From: Eubacteriales bacterium
GTDB lineage: Bacteria > Bacillota > Clostridia > Oscillospirales > CAG-272
Direction of reading: 5' to 3'
NCBI GenBank assembly: GCA_031549925.1
Contig: JAVBPA010000001.1
Location: 21,187 to 85,186 of the forward strand
Length of the DNA stretch: 64,000 nucleotides
Shown: piece after piece, positions 30,764 to 39,238 of the stretch
How the letters are laid out: each line of letters begins with the position of its first letter
Position numbering within the stretch: the stretch's first letter is position 1
Translations under genes and position numbers: made by a program
The notes under the pieces: generated by a model
Databases searched by the model: none
What the model was told of the DNA's origin: nothing
The model's input: only the letters and a program-made list of their open reading frames with translations

Positions 30764-31570
30764 TCAGAGGCAAAAATTGAAAAACTTTAAAGCTTCCATC
30801 CAATCCGAAGTAAAAAAACGAATAGATACGGAATTTATTTTTTCAACTCCGGTATAACATAAGCGTGAAGTTGCAATTGTATGTCTTTTGTATGTGACAT
30901 CGATTGTAAAGCTATCGGGTAATTTGAGCATACATTTAGTAACATCCGCTTCCAAAGCCGATTTTACACCTTCTTTTATCAAACGTTCGGCAAGACGGGG
31001 ATTTATGGATAAAACAGCGTTCCCGAATCCTTCGTTTGTCGCGACTGTTGTTATATTGGGGATAAATTTTTTGGCTTCTATACAGAGCGATTTATCACCA
31101 GATAAAAAACAAACGGGAACATTATAGTAAGAAGCTGTATAAGAATTTATTAAAAATTCTGAAGCGGTAATACCGTTTATTGTTATAAACGCTACATCGG
31201 TGTTCATCGTATGAGAAAGCGGATTACCTTCATTTGCCGCACCCGAATGATAACCTGTCATAGCAACCGCTTCAAAGCCTTCTGCAGCTAAATTTATTCC
31301 GCCCATCATATTGTGGGTATCGCCTATCCATCCGCGCAAAATTTTAACGTTTTCGGGAAGATCACGCGGATTTATATTGCGTCCGCTGTCATGGGCGTCT
31401 TTTACCCAGATTTCGTCATATCCGGCAAGGATCGCACCTTCGCAGGCGGAAGCGACTTCTCGTGTCATTTGTTCTTTAAAATAACCGCTTCTGGGGTCTG
31501 TCCATTCGGTTTCATCCCAGCTTGTTATTCCGGTCGTACCTTCAATATCCGATGATATAAATAATTTCAT
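30764..31570 (-). CDS. M55-family D-aminopeptidase (DppA-like)
   Basis: MKLFISSDIEGTTGITSWDE N-terminus and a 268-aa length are typical of peptidase M55. Confidence 0.8.
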   Translation of the reverse strand: MKLFISSDIEGTTGITSWDETEWTDPRSGYFKEQMTREVASACEGAILAGYDEIWVKDAHDSGRNINPRDLPENVKILRGWIGDTHNMMGGINLAAEGFEAVAMTGYHSGAANEGNPLSHTMNTDVAFITINGITASEFLINSYTASYYNVPVCFLSGDKSLCIEAKKFIPNITTVATNEGFGNAVLSINPRLAERLIKEGVKSALEADVTKCMLKLPDSFTIDVTYKRHTIATSRLCYTGVEKINSVSIRFFTSDWMEALKFFNFCL

Positions 31571-31600
31571 AATAATATACTCAATTTTATAATAAAATAA

Positions 31601-32929
31601 TCAATCCGCAAGAGTTCCCATAGGATCCCACGGTTTTAAATGTATGATTTCACTTTCAAGAATTTCTTTTTTATTATCCAGATATTTTTTATTTATGACA
31701 GCCTGATAAACATAATCATCAAACCAGGCGTCGCTCATAAAATAATATCCCTCGTTTGCGCCGTCAGTTCCCCAGCTGTTTTGAATCTTCCATCTAACAG
31801 GCTTATCATCGCTTAAATGAACTCCGGTGATAACCATAGCGTGATTCATCGCGCTGTTTAAATAATCAAGCTGCTGCGCTTTTGTCAGTGATATATCAAG
31901 CCCGGTAACAGCTTCATATTCATATAAAGCGGGATCCCATAAATTCTTTGTGCGTTCTCCGAATTTCCCGCAATCCGAACCAAACCAAACTATTTCACCG
32001 TCTTTTAATTGGGTTATAATAAGATTTTTAAATTCTTGCAATTCTAAATTCAAATATTTAACCGGTTCAGCTTCGCAAACGTTACCGAGCATATCGACAG
32101 TATACAGTTTGTCATAAGGTTTGTCCGCAGTCGGCCCGTTTATTATCGATATGTAATCCGAAAGCATATTTCCGATGTATTTTTCTTTGAAAGAAGCCGG
32201 CGTATAATCTTTTTCTATAAAATAATTACCGTCTTTGTCTTTGCCTTCAAAATTAAAAGTTTTAGGTATCGCACCGAAACAGGTTACAAGAAATTTATAT
32301 ATTTTTTCAAGCATATTATTTTTTGTGTTCTGTATTTCTTCGGCTGTGATATTATTTTTAAACATATCTCTTAAAATTACGGCGTTGTGTTTTAAATTGC
32401 GGTTCAATTGGTCATTCATCGGCCAAGTACCGGAAGACTGCGCGGTTTCGGGATAAGCGGATTTGGGAACTATTCCGTATTTATTTACGATGTTTACAAA
32501 CATATCCCATTGCCCGCCGTCCTGAACTCCTGTTGATAATATAAAAGATACCGTTCTGTCATCGGTCGGGAGTTCGGCTGTTGATATTATCGATTCAAGG
32601 TAATAATTGCAACGTTCAAATTTATCCCAAAAAGCAAGCCAGCTTTGGGAAAGTTCAAAATCTTCGATATTTTTTTCTTTGGCGATTTTTTCACGGAGTA
32701 CATTTGTCGCAGCAAAAAGCCAGCAGCGTCCGGAGCCTTTTTGATTCGTGGATTTCATTGTTTTTATATCTATTGAAAATAAAAAATTTTGCGAATTTAA
32801 AGCTTCTCCGCAAAAAGCTAAGTCGTTGATATTTAATTTATACAGAGCATTTGTAAGTAAACGGGAATTCGGTGAATTTTCATAAGAATTATTAAATTTT
32901 TCAAGATCGCAGCATGATATTTTATTCAT
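31601..32929 (-). CDS. pepC: Aminopeptidase C (C1B cysteine peptidase, bleomycin-hydrolase family)
   Basis: NQKGSGRCWLFAATNVLR carries the catalytic Cys. NHAMVITG and QNSWG are also present. Start set at ATG 32929 (MNKISC), which is preceded by AAAGGA. Confidence 0.85.
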   Translation of the reverse strand: MNKISCCDLEKFNNSYENSPNSRLLTNALYKLNINDLAFCGEALNSQNFLFSIDIKTMKSTNQKGSGRCWLFAATNVLREKIAKEKNIEDFELSQSWLAFWDKFERCNYYLESIISTAELPTDDRTVSFILSTGVQDGGQWDMFVNIVNKYGIVPKSAYPETAQSSGTWPMNDQLNRNLKHNAVILRDMFKNNITAEEIQNTKNNMLEKIYKFLVTCFGAIPKTFNFEGKDKDGNYFIEKDYTPASFKEKYIGNMLSDYISIINGPTADKPYDKLYTVDMLGNVCEAEPVKYLNLELQEFKNLIITQLKDGEIVWFGSDCGKFGERTKNLWDPALYEYEAVTGLDISLTKAQQLDYLNSAMNHAMVITGVHLSDDKPVRWKIQNSWGTDGANEGYYFMSDAWFDDYVYQAVINKKYLDNKKEILESEIIHLKPWDPMGTLAD

Positions 32930-33079
32930 AAAAATCATCCTTTCACAATAATGATACAATTCTACATTATAAAATATATTTATCAATATATCAAGTAAAA
33001 AAATAAGAATTTATTTACAATAATAATATAATGTGATATAATTTTTGCAAATAGAAATAACGGAAAAGGGGAAATATAA

Positions 33080-33877
33080 ATGGAACAAATTATTATAAAA
33101 CAAAGACAATTTGAAAATGCTTTAGATGTGTACACTGGGGAAAATTTATTTACAACTTATGTTTATGACAAAAAGTTTGCAAAACCTTATCTCGGTCCGG
33201 TGATATTATCAAACGGGGAAAGTATCACGCGTTTGGATTTCGAAACAAAAGAACATCCGCATCAAAGATCGATATTTATTGCCGTGGGAGATGTCAGTGC
33301 AAACGGATATAACAATATAGATTTTTGGAACGAACCTAATGACAGAGGGGAACAAAGACAAACATCAATTGTTATAAATGAAAATTCATTTACCGCGTGT
33401 AATGTTTGGCAAACCTGCAGCGGAGTTCCTTTGGTTTGTGAAAGCAGAACATTATCTTTTAAATCAAACGGATACACGCTTCGTGAAATATACATGGAAA
33501 TAAAATTTACAGCTTCTTATGGTGAAGTAATTTTCGGAGCGACAAAAGAAGCGGGTCCTCTCGGTATACGTATAAATCCCGAAATGCAGGGTCAGGGAGG
33601 AAACGGATTTATAATTAATTCATGGGGCGGAAAGGGAGAGGGCGAATGTTGGGGTAAAAATGCTGCCTGGGCTTCTTACTGCGGCTCTGTTAAAGGATTA
33701 AATTGTTACCTGACAGTTTACGATGATGTTTTAAATGAAAGATATCCCACTTCCTGGCATTGCCGTGATTACGGACTTTTTGCCGTAAATAATCTTTATT
33801 TTAAAGGTCCGCTCAAAATAAAAGAAAATGAATCTTTGGTTTATAGGTATAAAATTGCCGTATCAGAGATAGAATAG
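33080..33877 (+). CDS. PmoA-like/DUF6807-type protein (family assignment from memory)
   Basis: KPYLGPV..HPHQRSIFIAVGDV..IDFWNE resembles the HPHHRG..VNG.DFW pattern of this family, which often accompanies Gfo/Idh/MocA enzymes. Confidence 0.45.
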   Translation: MEQIIIKQRQFENALDVYTGENLFTTYVYDKKFAKPYLGPVILSNGESITRLDFETKEHPHQRSIFIAVGDVSANGYNNIDFWNEPNDRGEQRQTSIVINENSFTACNVWQTCSGVPLVCESRTLSFKSNGYTLREIYMEIKFTASYGEVIFGATKEAGPLGIRINPEMQGQGGNGFIINSWGGKGEGECWGKNAAWASYCGSVKGLNCYLTVYDDVLNERYPTSWHCRDYGLFAVNNLYFKGPLKIKENESLVYRYKIAVSEIE

Positions 33878-34002
33878 TAAAGAGTGAATCGGAAACGGAT
33901 TTATTATTATGTTTCACTGTTATTAATAAAAATAACCAAAAAATGCGCTTATAAAGTGTAAAAGATTTGATACCGCAAAACGACATAAAATCCGAAAACA
34001 TC

Positions 34003-34031
34003 TTGACAAAAGCGCTAATATTTGATATAAT
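34003..34031 (+). promoter_or_regulatory. Consensus sigma-A promoter of tRNA-Gln
   Basis: TTGACA (34003-34008), a 17-nt spacer, then TGaTATAAT (-10 at 34026-34031). It ends about 20 nt before the tRNA. Confidence 0.6.
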
Positions 34032-34051
34032 AACACCGTTTCCACGAATAC

Positions 34052-34125
34052 TGCGGAATTGTGTAAGGGTAGCACGACAGACTCTGACTCTGTTTGTCTG
34101 GGTTCAAATCCTAGTTCCGCAGCCA
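34052..34125 (+). tRNA. tRNA-Gln (anticodon CUG)
   Basis: Cloverleaf folded by hand. Acceptor tgcggaa/ttccgca, D stem gtgt/gcac with a GG loop, anticodon stem acaga/tctgt, loop cuCUGac, T arm ctggg-ttcaaat-cctag, discriminator G and an encoded CCA. Total 74 nt. Confidence 0.85.
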
Positions 34126-34130
34126 TGGCA

Positions 34131-34183
34131 AAAGCCCTTGATTTTACAGTGTTTATACTGCTTTCAAGGGCTTTTTTATTTTT
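34131..34183 (+). terminator. Intrinsic terminator after tRNA-Gln
   Basis: Hairpin aaagcccttga/tcaagggcttt followed by ttttatttttg. Confidence 0.7.
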
Positions 34184-34259
34184 GCGTTTTGATAGGATGC
34201 TAAAATAAGAATGGCAATAAAGCGGGAGTTGATGGAATCTTTTAGTCGTCAAATAGTCG

Positions 34260-34472
34260 TCATTTTATATCTAAATGATTCCGCAGCATATCCGGATTGT
34301 CATGTACATAATACCTTGTTGTTATTTGCACATCCGCATGCCCGAGATATTTTGAAACCGCATATATATCTTTTGTTCTTTCATACAGCAATGTTCCGCA
34401 GGTGTGCCTTAGTTCATGAGGAGACAACATTTTTGGTGTTGTACGTGCATTTTGAGGTATATCATTTTCGTC
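34260..34472 (-). pseudogene. 3' fragment (about 70 codons) of a tyrosine recombinase/phage-integrase gene
   Basis: Minus-strand translation DENDIPQNARTTPKMLSPHELRHTCGTLLYERTKDIYAVSKYLGHADVQITTRYYVHDNPDMLRNHLDIK*. It contains the HxLRHT box and the LGH..(x)..Y catalytic box. Upstream there is only AT-rich non-coding DNA and no N-terminal or core-binding domain. Confidence 0.75.
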
Positions 34473-34541
34473 TATAATATATATATTTTATACTAAAAAT
34501 TAGTAAAATTTAACAAATATAATATTATTTTATAATATATA

Positions 34542-34569
34542 TTGACATATTTTTACTTAGTGTTATAAT
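34542..34569 (+). promoter_or_regulatory. Consensus sigma-A promoter facing the ABC islet
   Basis: TTGACA (34542-34547), a 16-nt spacer, then TGtTATAAT (-10 at 34564-34569). Confidence 0.5.
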
Positions 34570-34710
34570 AATATCAAGATCATTAAGAAAATATTAGAAA
34601 ATAAAGATAATTATTGAAAAATATTTAATAAAATAATACAATTAATTATAGCATGCAATAATTGATTATATTATAAATAATTAATTTAAAATATAAACAT
34701 ATTAAAAAAA

Positions 34711-35064
34711 TTGGCTTTATTATTAACATTGATGCTTGTTTTTTCCGCGTTAGCAGTAGTTTATTCCACGGCACATGAAATAGAACACACTTCCAATGTT
34801 GTAACTGAGCATTATAAATATACTTTTGACAAGATAAATAATATTTACACGCAAATCGTTTGTATTGCAAGTGTACCGCCAAATCAAATCTTTTCTTTTT
34901 CCGTTGTGTGTCCGGGAAAGAGTTATCCTTATTTACATTCAGGTGTGCTAAGAAGAAATACATATGCTCCAAATTTAAATGTAACAGAATACGAAAATGA
35001 GTACACAAGAATTTATAATAGTTATGCTTTTTTTCAATATAAAGGTACTGTAAATCTTGTATAG
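34711..35064 (+). CDS. Possible small secreted protein (hypothetical)
   Basis: Signal-like LALLLTLMLVFSALAVVYSTAHE, a protein-like composition and a terminator downstream. It has only a TTG/ATG start and no clear SD, so coding status is uncertain. Confidence 0.35.
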   Translation: MALLLTLMLVFSALAVVYSTAHEIEHTSNVVTEHYKYTFDKINNIYTQIVCIASVPPNQIFSFSVVCPGKSYPYLHSGVLRRNTYAPNLNVTEYENEYTRIYNSYAFFQYKGTVNLV

Positions 35065-35088
35065 TTAAAAGTATAAATTCAATCATTT

Positions 35089-35126
35089 ACCGGGGTTTTA
35101 TATATTATATTACCCCGGCTTTTTAA
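35089..35126 (+). terminator. Terminator-like hairpin (probably leaky) ahead of the lipoprotein gene
   Basis: Hairpin ccgggg/ccccgg followed by cttttt. Only about 20 nt separate it from the next start codon. Confidence 0.5.
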
Positions 35127-35146
35127 TAAAATTCCAAAGGTGAGTT

Positions 35147-37273
35147 ATGAAAAAATGTATTAATATAGTATTATTATTTATTTTAATATTTCAGTGCTTT
35201 TTTATTAATTCCTGCAACAAATCTGTGGATAATATTGAAAACTCTTATATAATTGCCGATTGCATATATGATATTAAAAATTACCAAAAAATATCTCATA
35301 TAAACGACAATAAATATTTGCTTACAGAAATAAATCGTGACCGAAATAACATTGCTTCATATTCACTTTCTATCATCGATTTAACATCAGGCGAAAAATC
35401 CGAATGTATGTACAACTTGCCCGATGGTGCGACATATAAAAATGCATGCTGTGACGAAAATGGAAATCTTTATATATTAACAAATAATTCCGGCAATAAA
35501 ATTTATAAATATTCTCCTGCGGGCGAATTAATATCCGAATACGAGTATAGTGAAATAGCTAGTTCAATAATTCTATTAAATATGTACGCGCATAATGATG
35601 AAATTATATTGATATTCGATAATGGAATAAAAAATATTACCACAAACAAAGAAATATTAATTAATAAAGAATTGTTATTGTCATGCATACATAGAACAGA
35701 AAATAATTTCTATATTTATTTTACTTTAGTAAATGAATATGATGACAAGCCCTCAGATAACTCCATAGCAAAATATGATGCAGCAGAAAATAAATTTACA
35801 TGGGATGTTGTTGTTCCTGAAAACATCTATTCTTATAATATTTGCTACGATTATACAAACAGTCTGCTTATAATTGCATCAGATTCAAATATTTATACAA
35901 TAAACCCAGAAAACGGCAAACTTATAGAATCGATAGTAAACATTTATGATTATACATCGACAGAAAATGTAGAATTTTTATTGAGCGGAAGCGAAAATAT
36001 TTATTTATTGACCAAGGACGTTTCTGAGGAAACAGTCTATATACGCCCTATAAGGATTGCCACTGAAGAGGATATCGCAGTATTAAATAATAGTAAACAA
36101 ACAACGATAACTATAAGAGCATTCTCCTGGGATAAATTGATGACCATCGCTCTAAAAAAATATGCTTTGGATAATAATATAAAAATAATATTCGATTATT
36201 ACAGTGACACAGAAACAAATGACACTACCGGGTATGTTCAAAATACAAATGCAGCTCTATTATCAGGAAAATCAAGTTGGGATATAGTAATGCTTTATAA
36301 GCTTGATTATAATCTCTATTCATCAAAAGGTTATTTTGTTGATTTATACACCCTCGGCGCGAAGGAATTAATCGAAAGCGATGAATATTTTGTTAATATA
36401 ATTAATGCTTTTGAAAAAGAAGGAAAATTATATTCGTTTCCAAATAATTTTCAAACAAGTTCTCTTTACATATATAGAGATATGTATGATAAATTAATAA
36501 AAGGATCGAAATCTTGGGAAGAAATATTCGAAAACTTTGATAAATATGCTTCTGAAAATGAATATTTATTTTCACCGCAATATTTATTTTACATGCATGC
36601 TTATTCTCTTTATAATCTGGGCGTGAAGGTCAATAATATGATGAACGAAAAAACTTCAAAGAATGATGTGATCAATGAAATAACACATGATTTAAATATT
36701 GTTAATAAAATTTTTGACTCAAGATATACTTGCCCATCGGATAACAGTGAAAACCATAAATATGTTTTTGAATTTAATCATTCGTCAAGTATCTCATCCT
36801 TAATATCATCAACATTGGATTTGACAAATATCAGTATGATAAATTTACCTGCAATAAGCAAAGGCGATTCTTATTGTTTTAATATGCTAAATGGTATGGC
36901 GATATTAAATACTTCGAAAAATAAAGAAGAAGCTTATAAAATATTAAAATACATAAGTCAAAATGAAGTAAGTTTCGCAAATTATACATACAAAGAGATG
37001 TTTTATAAAAAACAAGACGACGAGTTAAATGAATATATTATTAATGGATCAAATAAAACCTACACTTTAACGGAATCACAAAAAGAAGAATTAAAACGTA
37101 TTCACAGCGAGTCATTGCAAGTAATGGAAAATGTAACAGTACAGATTCCTGCAATGGGAGGTGCTATATCCATAATAAGAGAAGAAACCGATAAATTTAC
37201 AGAAGGTTTACTCACCGTAGAGGAAACTGCCGCAAATATTTATGAACGCTTGTGGCTGTATTATAATGAATAA
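35147..37273 (+). CDS. Large lipoprotein: unknown N-terminal ~300 aa plus an ABC extracellular solute-binding module (paralog 1)
   Basis: Lipobox FFINSC. AGGTGA RBS. The C-terminal half is SBP-like (LLSGKSSWDIVML, GKLYSFPNN, EEAYKILKYIS). The tail IYERLWLYYNE is shared with paralog 2. Confidence 0.65.
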   Translation: MKKCINIVLLFILIFQCFFINSCNKSVDNIENSYIIADCIYDIKNYQKISHINDNKYLLTEINRDRNNIASYSLSIIDLTSGEKSECMYNLPDGATYKNACCDENGNLYILTNNSGNKIYKYSPAGELISEYEYSEIASSIILLNMYAHNDEIILIFDNGIKNITTNKEILINKELLLSCIHRTENNFYIYFTLVNEYDDKPSDNSIAKYDAAENKFTWDVVVPENIYSYNICYDYTNSLLIIASDSNIYTINPENGKLIESIVNIYDYTSTENVEFLLSGSENIYLLTKDVSEETVYIRPIRIATEEDIAVLNNSKQTTITIRAFSWDKLMTIALKKYALDNNIKIIFDYYSDTETNDTTGYVQNTNAALLSGKSSWDIVMLYKLDYNLYSSKGYFVDLYTLGAKELIESDEYFVNIINAFEKEGKLYSFPNNFQTSSLYIYRDMYDKLIKGSKSWEEIFENFDKYASENEYLFSPQYLFYMHAYSLYNLGVKVNNMMNEKTSKNDVINEITHDLNIVNKIFDSRYTCPSDNSENHKYVFEFNHSSSISSLISSTLDLTNISMINLPAISKGDSYCFNMLNGMAILNTSKNKEEAYKILKYISQNEVSFANYTYKEMFYKKQDDELNEYIINGSNKTYTLTESQKEELKRIHSESLQVMENVTVQIPAMGGAISIIREETDKFTEGLLTVEETAANIYERLWLYYNE

Positions 37274-38162
37274 ACAAAAGCAAAAAAACCGCAATAAAGC
37301 ATTCCCGCTGCGCGGTCGTATGCCTTGGTTGTATATTGCACCGGCAGCCGCGGGATTTGTTTTGTTTTATGCTTTTCCTATGCTTTATTCGTTGGTTTAT
37401 CTCTTTTTTGAACCGGACGGCTCCGGAAGGTTTCGTTTTGTAAATTCTTTTTCAAGACTTTTTGCAAGTTCCGCTTTTTCAATGGCGGTAAAAAACACAG
37501 CAGTTATATTTATTATATTTATTCCAGCGGTCGTTTTGGTTTCATTATCAATCGCTTATTTCATATTCATTATGGGAAAGAAGTATTTCCGAATCGGAAA
37601 GGTAATTCTTGATACTATTTTAATTCCTTATTTAATTCCTTCATGCGTAGCAGTTACTTTCTGGTTTTATATGTTTAATTCAAAAGGGTTTATCAACCGT
37701 ATAATAAATATACTTACAAGTGTTGCAGGTCTTGATTGGAAAAGCGGGTATTCCTGCTTTTTCGCAATGTTTTTATTGTTTATATGGAAATATTCGGGGC
37801 TTAATATTATAATATTAACAGCTGCTTTTTCATATGTCCCGCTGGAAACAATCGAAAGTGCAAAAATAGACGGAGCTTCAGGGGTATCTCTTTTTTTGCG
37901 TGTTATTATTCCGCAAATAAAGAAACAATTATTTTTCGTCGTTGTGCTTTCGGTGGTCGGTGTTTTCAGCTTTTCAAATGAAATTTATGCTGTTTTTGGT
38001 TTATACCCTCCGCAAGTATTGTATACCTTGCAAAATTACATAGGTAATACATTTCTTAAAATGGAATTTTATAAAAGTGTAGCCGCATCCGTCGTTTTTG
38101 CAGTTTTTACCGGAATTTGTGCCTATCTGTACGTAAGAGCAGAAAAGAGGTGGAACAACTGA
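37266..38162 (+). CDS. Carbohydrate-type ABC permease (MalF/UgpA-like)
   Basis: Six hydrophobic segments and the EAA loop ESAKIDGASGVSLFLRVIIPQIK. ATG 37266 overlaps the upstream stop. Confidence 0.8.
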   Translation: MNKQKQKNRNKAFPLRGRMPWLYIAPAAAGFVLFYAFPMLYSLVYLFFEPDGSGRFRFVNSFSRLFASSAFSMAVKNTAVIFIIFIPAVVLVSLSIAYFIFIMGKKYFRIGKVILDTILIPYLIPSCVAVTFWFYMFNSKGFINRIINILTSVAGLDWKSGYSCFFAMFLLFIWKYSGLNIIILTAAFSYVPLETIESAKIDGASGVSLFLRVIIPQIKKQLFFVVVLSVVGVFSFSNEIYAVFGLYPPQVLYTLQNYIGNTFLKMEFYKSVAASVVFAVFTGICAYLYVRAEKRWNN

Positions 38163-39028
38163 AGGAAGTTAATCTGAAAAAAATTTCCATTTCAATTTTG
38201 GCAGCAATTATTGTTGTTTGCATACTGTCCGTTGTATTTATTCCAATCGTTTTTAATGTAACCGCATCGTTTTTAATACCGTCATTTTATGAAAACTATA
38301 TAAACGTAAAAGATTTGAATTATTACAAACTTTTCGCAAGCGAGTTTTCATTTACGCAATATTTCGATAATGTATTGAATTCGTCGTTTACACGTTCGTT
38401 TGTCAATACGCTTTTTTATGCTTTTTCAAGCTCTATATTATCGCTAATAATTTCACTTCCGGCAGCGTATGCAATTTCAAAATTTCATCCACGTTTTGAA
38501 GGATTATTTATTATAATATCAGTAGCGGTGATGATGACTCCGGCAATAGCCGTTTCTGTGCCGAATTATTTAATTTTCGACAAAATCGGCATTTTAAATT
38601 CACCTGCTGCAATGATTCTACCGGGGATATTTTCCGGATTTTCTATCTTCATATTCCGTCAATTTATGGCAGATGTACCAGATGACATATTGTATGCAGC
38701 TTCGATTGATGGTGCGGGCAGTTTTGTAATATTTGTTAAAATTATGATTCCGCAAATAAAAAATTGCATATTTTCAGTATTTATACTTATTTTTTCGCAG
38801 TCCTGCTCAATGACGGAGCAACCGGCGATTTTTTTAAAAAACGATATGTGGAAGCCTATTTCGATATATTTAAACCAGGAGTTTTCGCTTAAACCTGAAA
38901 AAATAATAGCTCCGGGAGTCATTGTTATCACTTTGTTTTCAATTATTACAGTATTATCAAGAAGAGTGTTTACCATTTCCGGATACGAAATTTTAAAAGA
39001 CGATGAATTTTCGTTCAAGCAAGAATAG
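38117..39028 (+). CDS. Carbohydrate-type ABC permease (MalG/UgpE-like)
   Basis: EAA loop YAASIDGAGSFVIFVKIMIPQIK. The start is uncertain: TTG 38117 or the in-frame GTG 38150. Confidence 0.8.
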   Translation: MCLSVRKSRKEVEQLKEVNLKKISISILAAIIVVCILSVVFIPIVFNVTASFLIPSFYENYINVKDLNYYKLFASEFSFTQYFDNVLNSSFTRSFVNTLFYAFSSSILSLIISLPAAYAISKFHPRFEGLFIIISVAVMMTPAIAVSVPNYLIFDKIGILNSPAAMILPGIFSGFSIFIFRQFMADVPDDILYAASIDGAGSFVIFVKIMIPQIKNCIFSVFILIFSQSCSMTEQPAIFLKNDMWKPISIYLNQEFSLKPEKIIAPGVIVITLFSIITVLSRRVFTISGYEILKDDEFSFKQE

Positions 39029-39158
39029 TAAAACCGATTTAATAAATTATATAAAAAAATATATAACTACAATTGAATCCTTTAGTAATTATAATATTCA
39101 CAATAATAAATCTTTTAAACAAGCAAAAGAATATTTTGGAACGTTATATAGACAGTAA
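39029..39158 (+). pseudogene. Fossil fragment of a lipoprotein paralog (43-codon open frame)
   Basis: 39029-39082 matches 40840-40893 inside paralog 2, with 52 of 54 nt identical by hand alignment. It translates KTDLINYIKKYITTIESFSNYN.. against KTDVINYIKKYITTIESLNNDN.. Confidence 0.7.
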
Positions 39159-39238
39159 TATTTATAAATAAGTTAAATAAGGTACATGATATAAAAAATA
39201 TTATGTACCTATTGTTTTAAATATATATGGAGAAAATT

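Noticed and set aside
33923-34252. 109-aa minus-strand ORF (and the 78-aa plus-strand ORF at 33967-34203)
   Set aside because: Both overlap the tRNA-Gln gene and its promoter and terminator. They are spurious.
34113-34407. gttccgcag / ttccgcagc matches between the tRNA-Gln 3' end and the integrase fossil as possible att repeats
   Set aside because: The matches are only 8-10 nt and fall within coding sequence of the fossil. Similar 8-mers occur elsewhere (about 50131 and 50231). This is too short to call an att site.
34646-35086. 146-aa minus-strand ORF
   Set aside because: It lies antisense to the more protein-like 34711-35064 frame, has a junk-like composition rich in K/L/Y/F/H/C, has no RBS, and runs against the promoter and terminator orientation.
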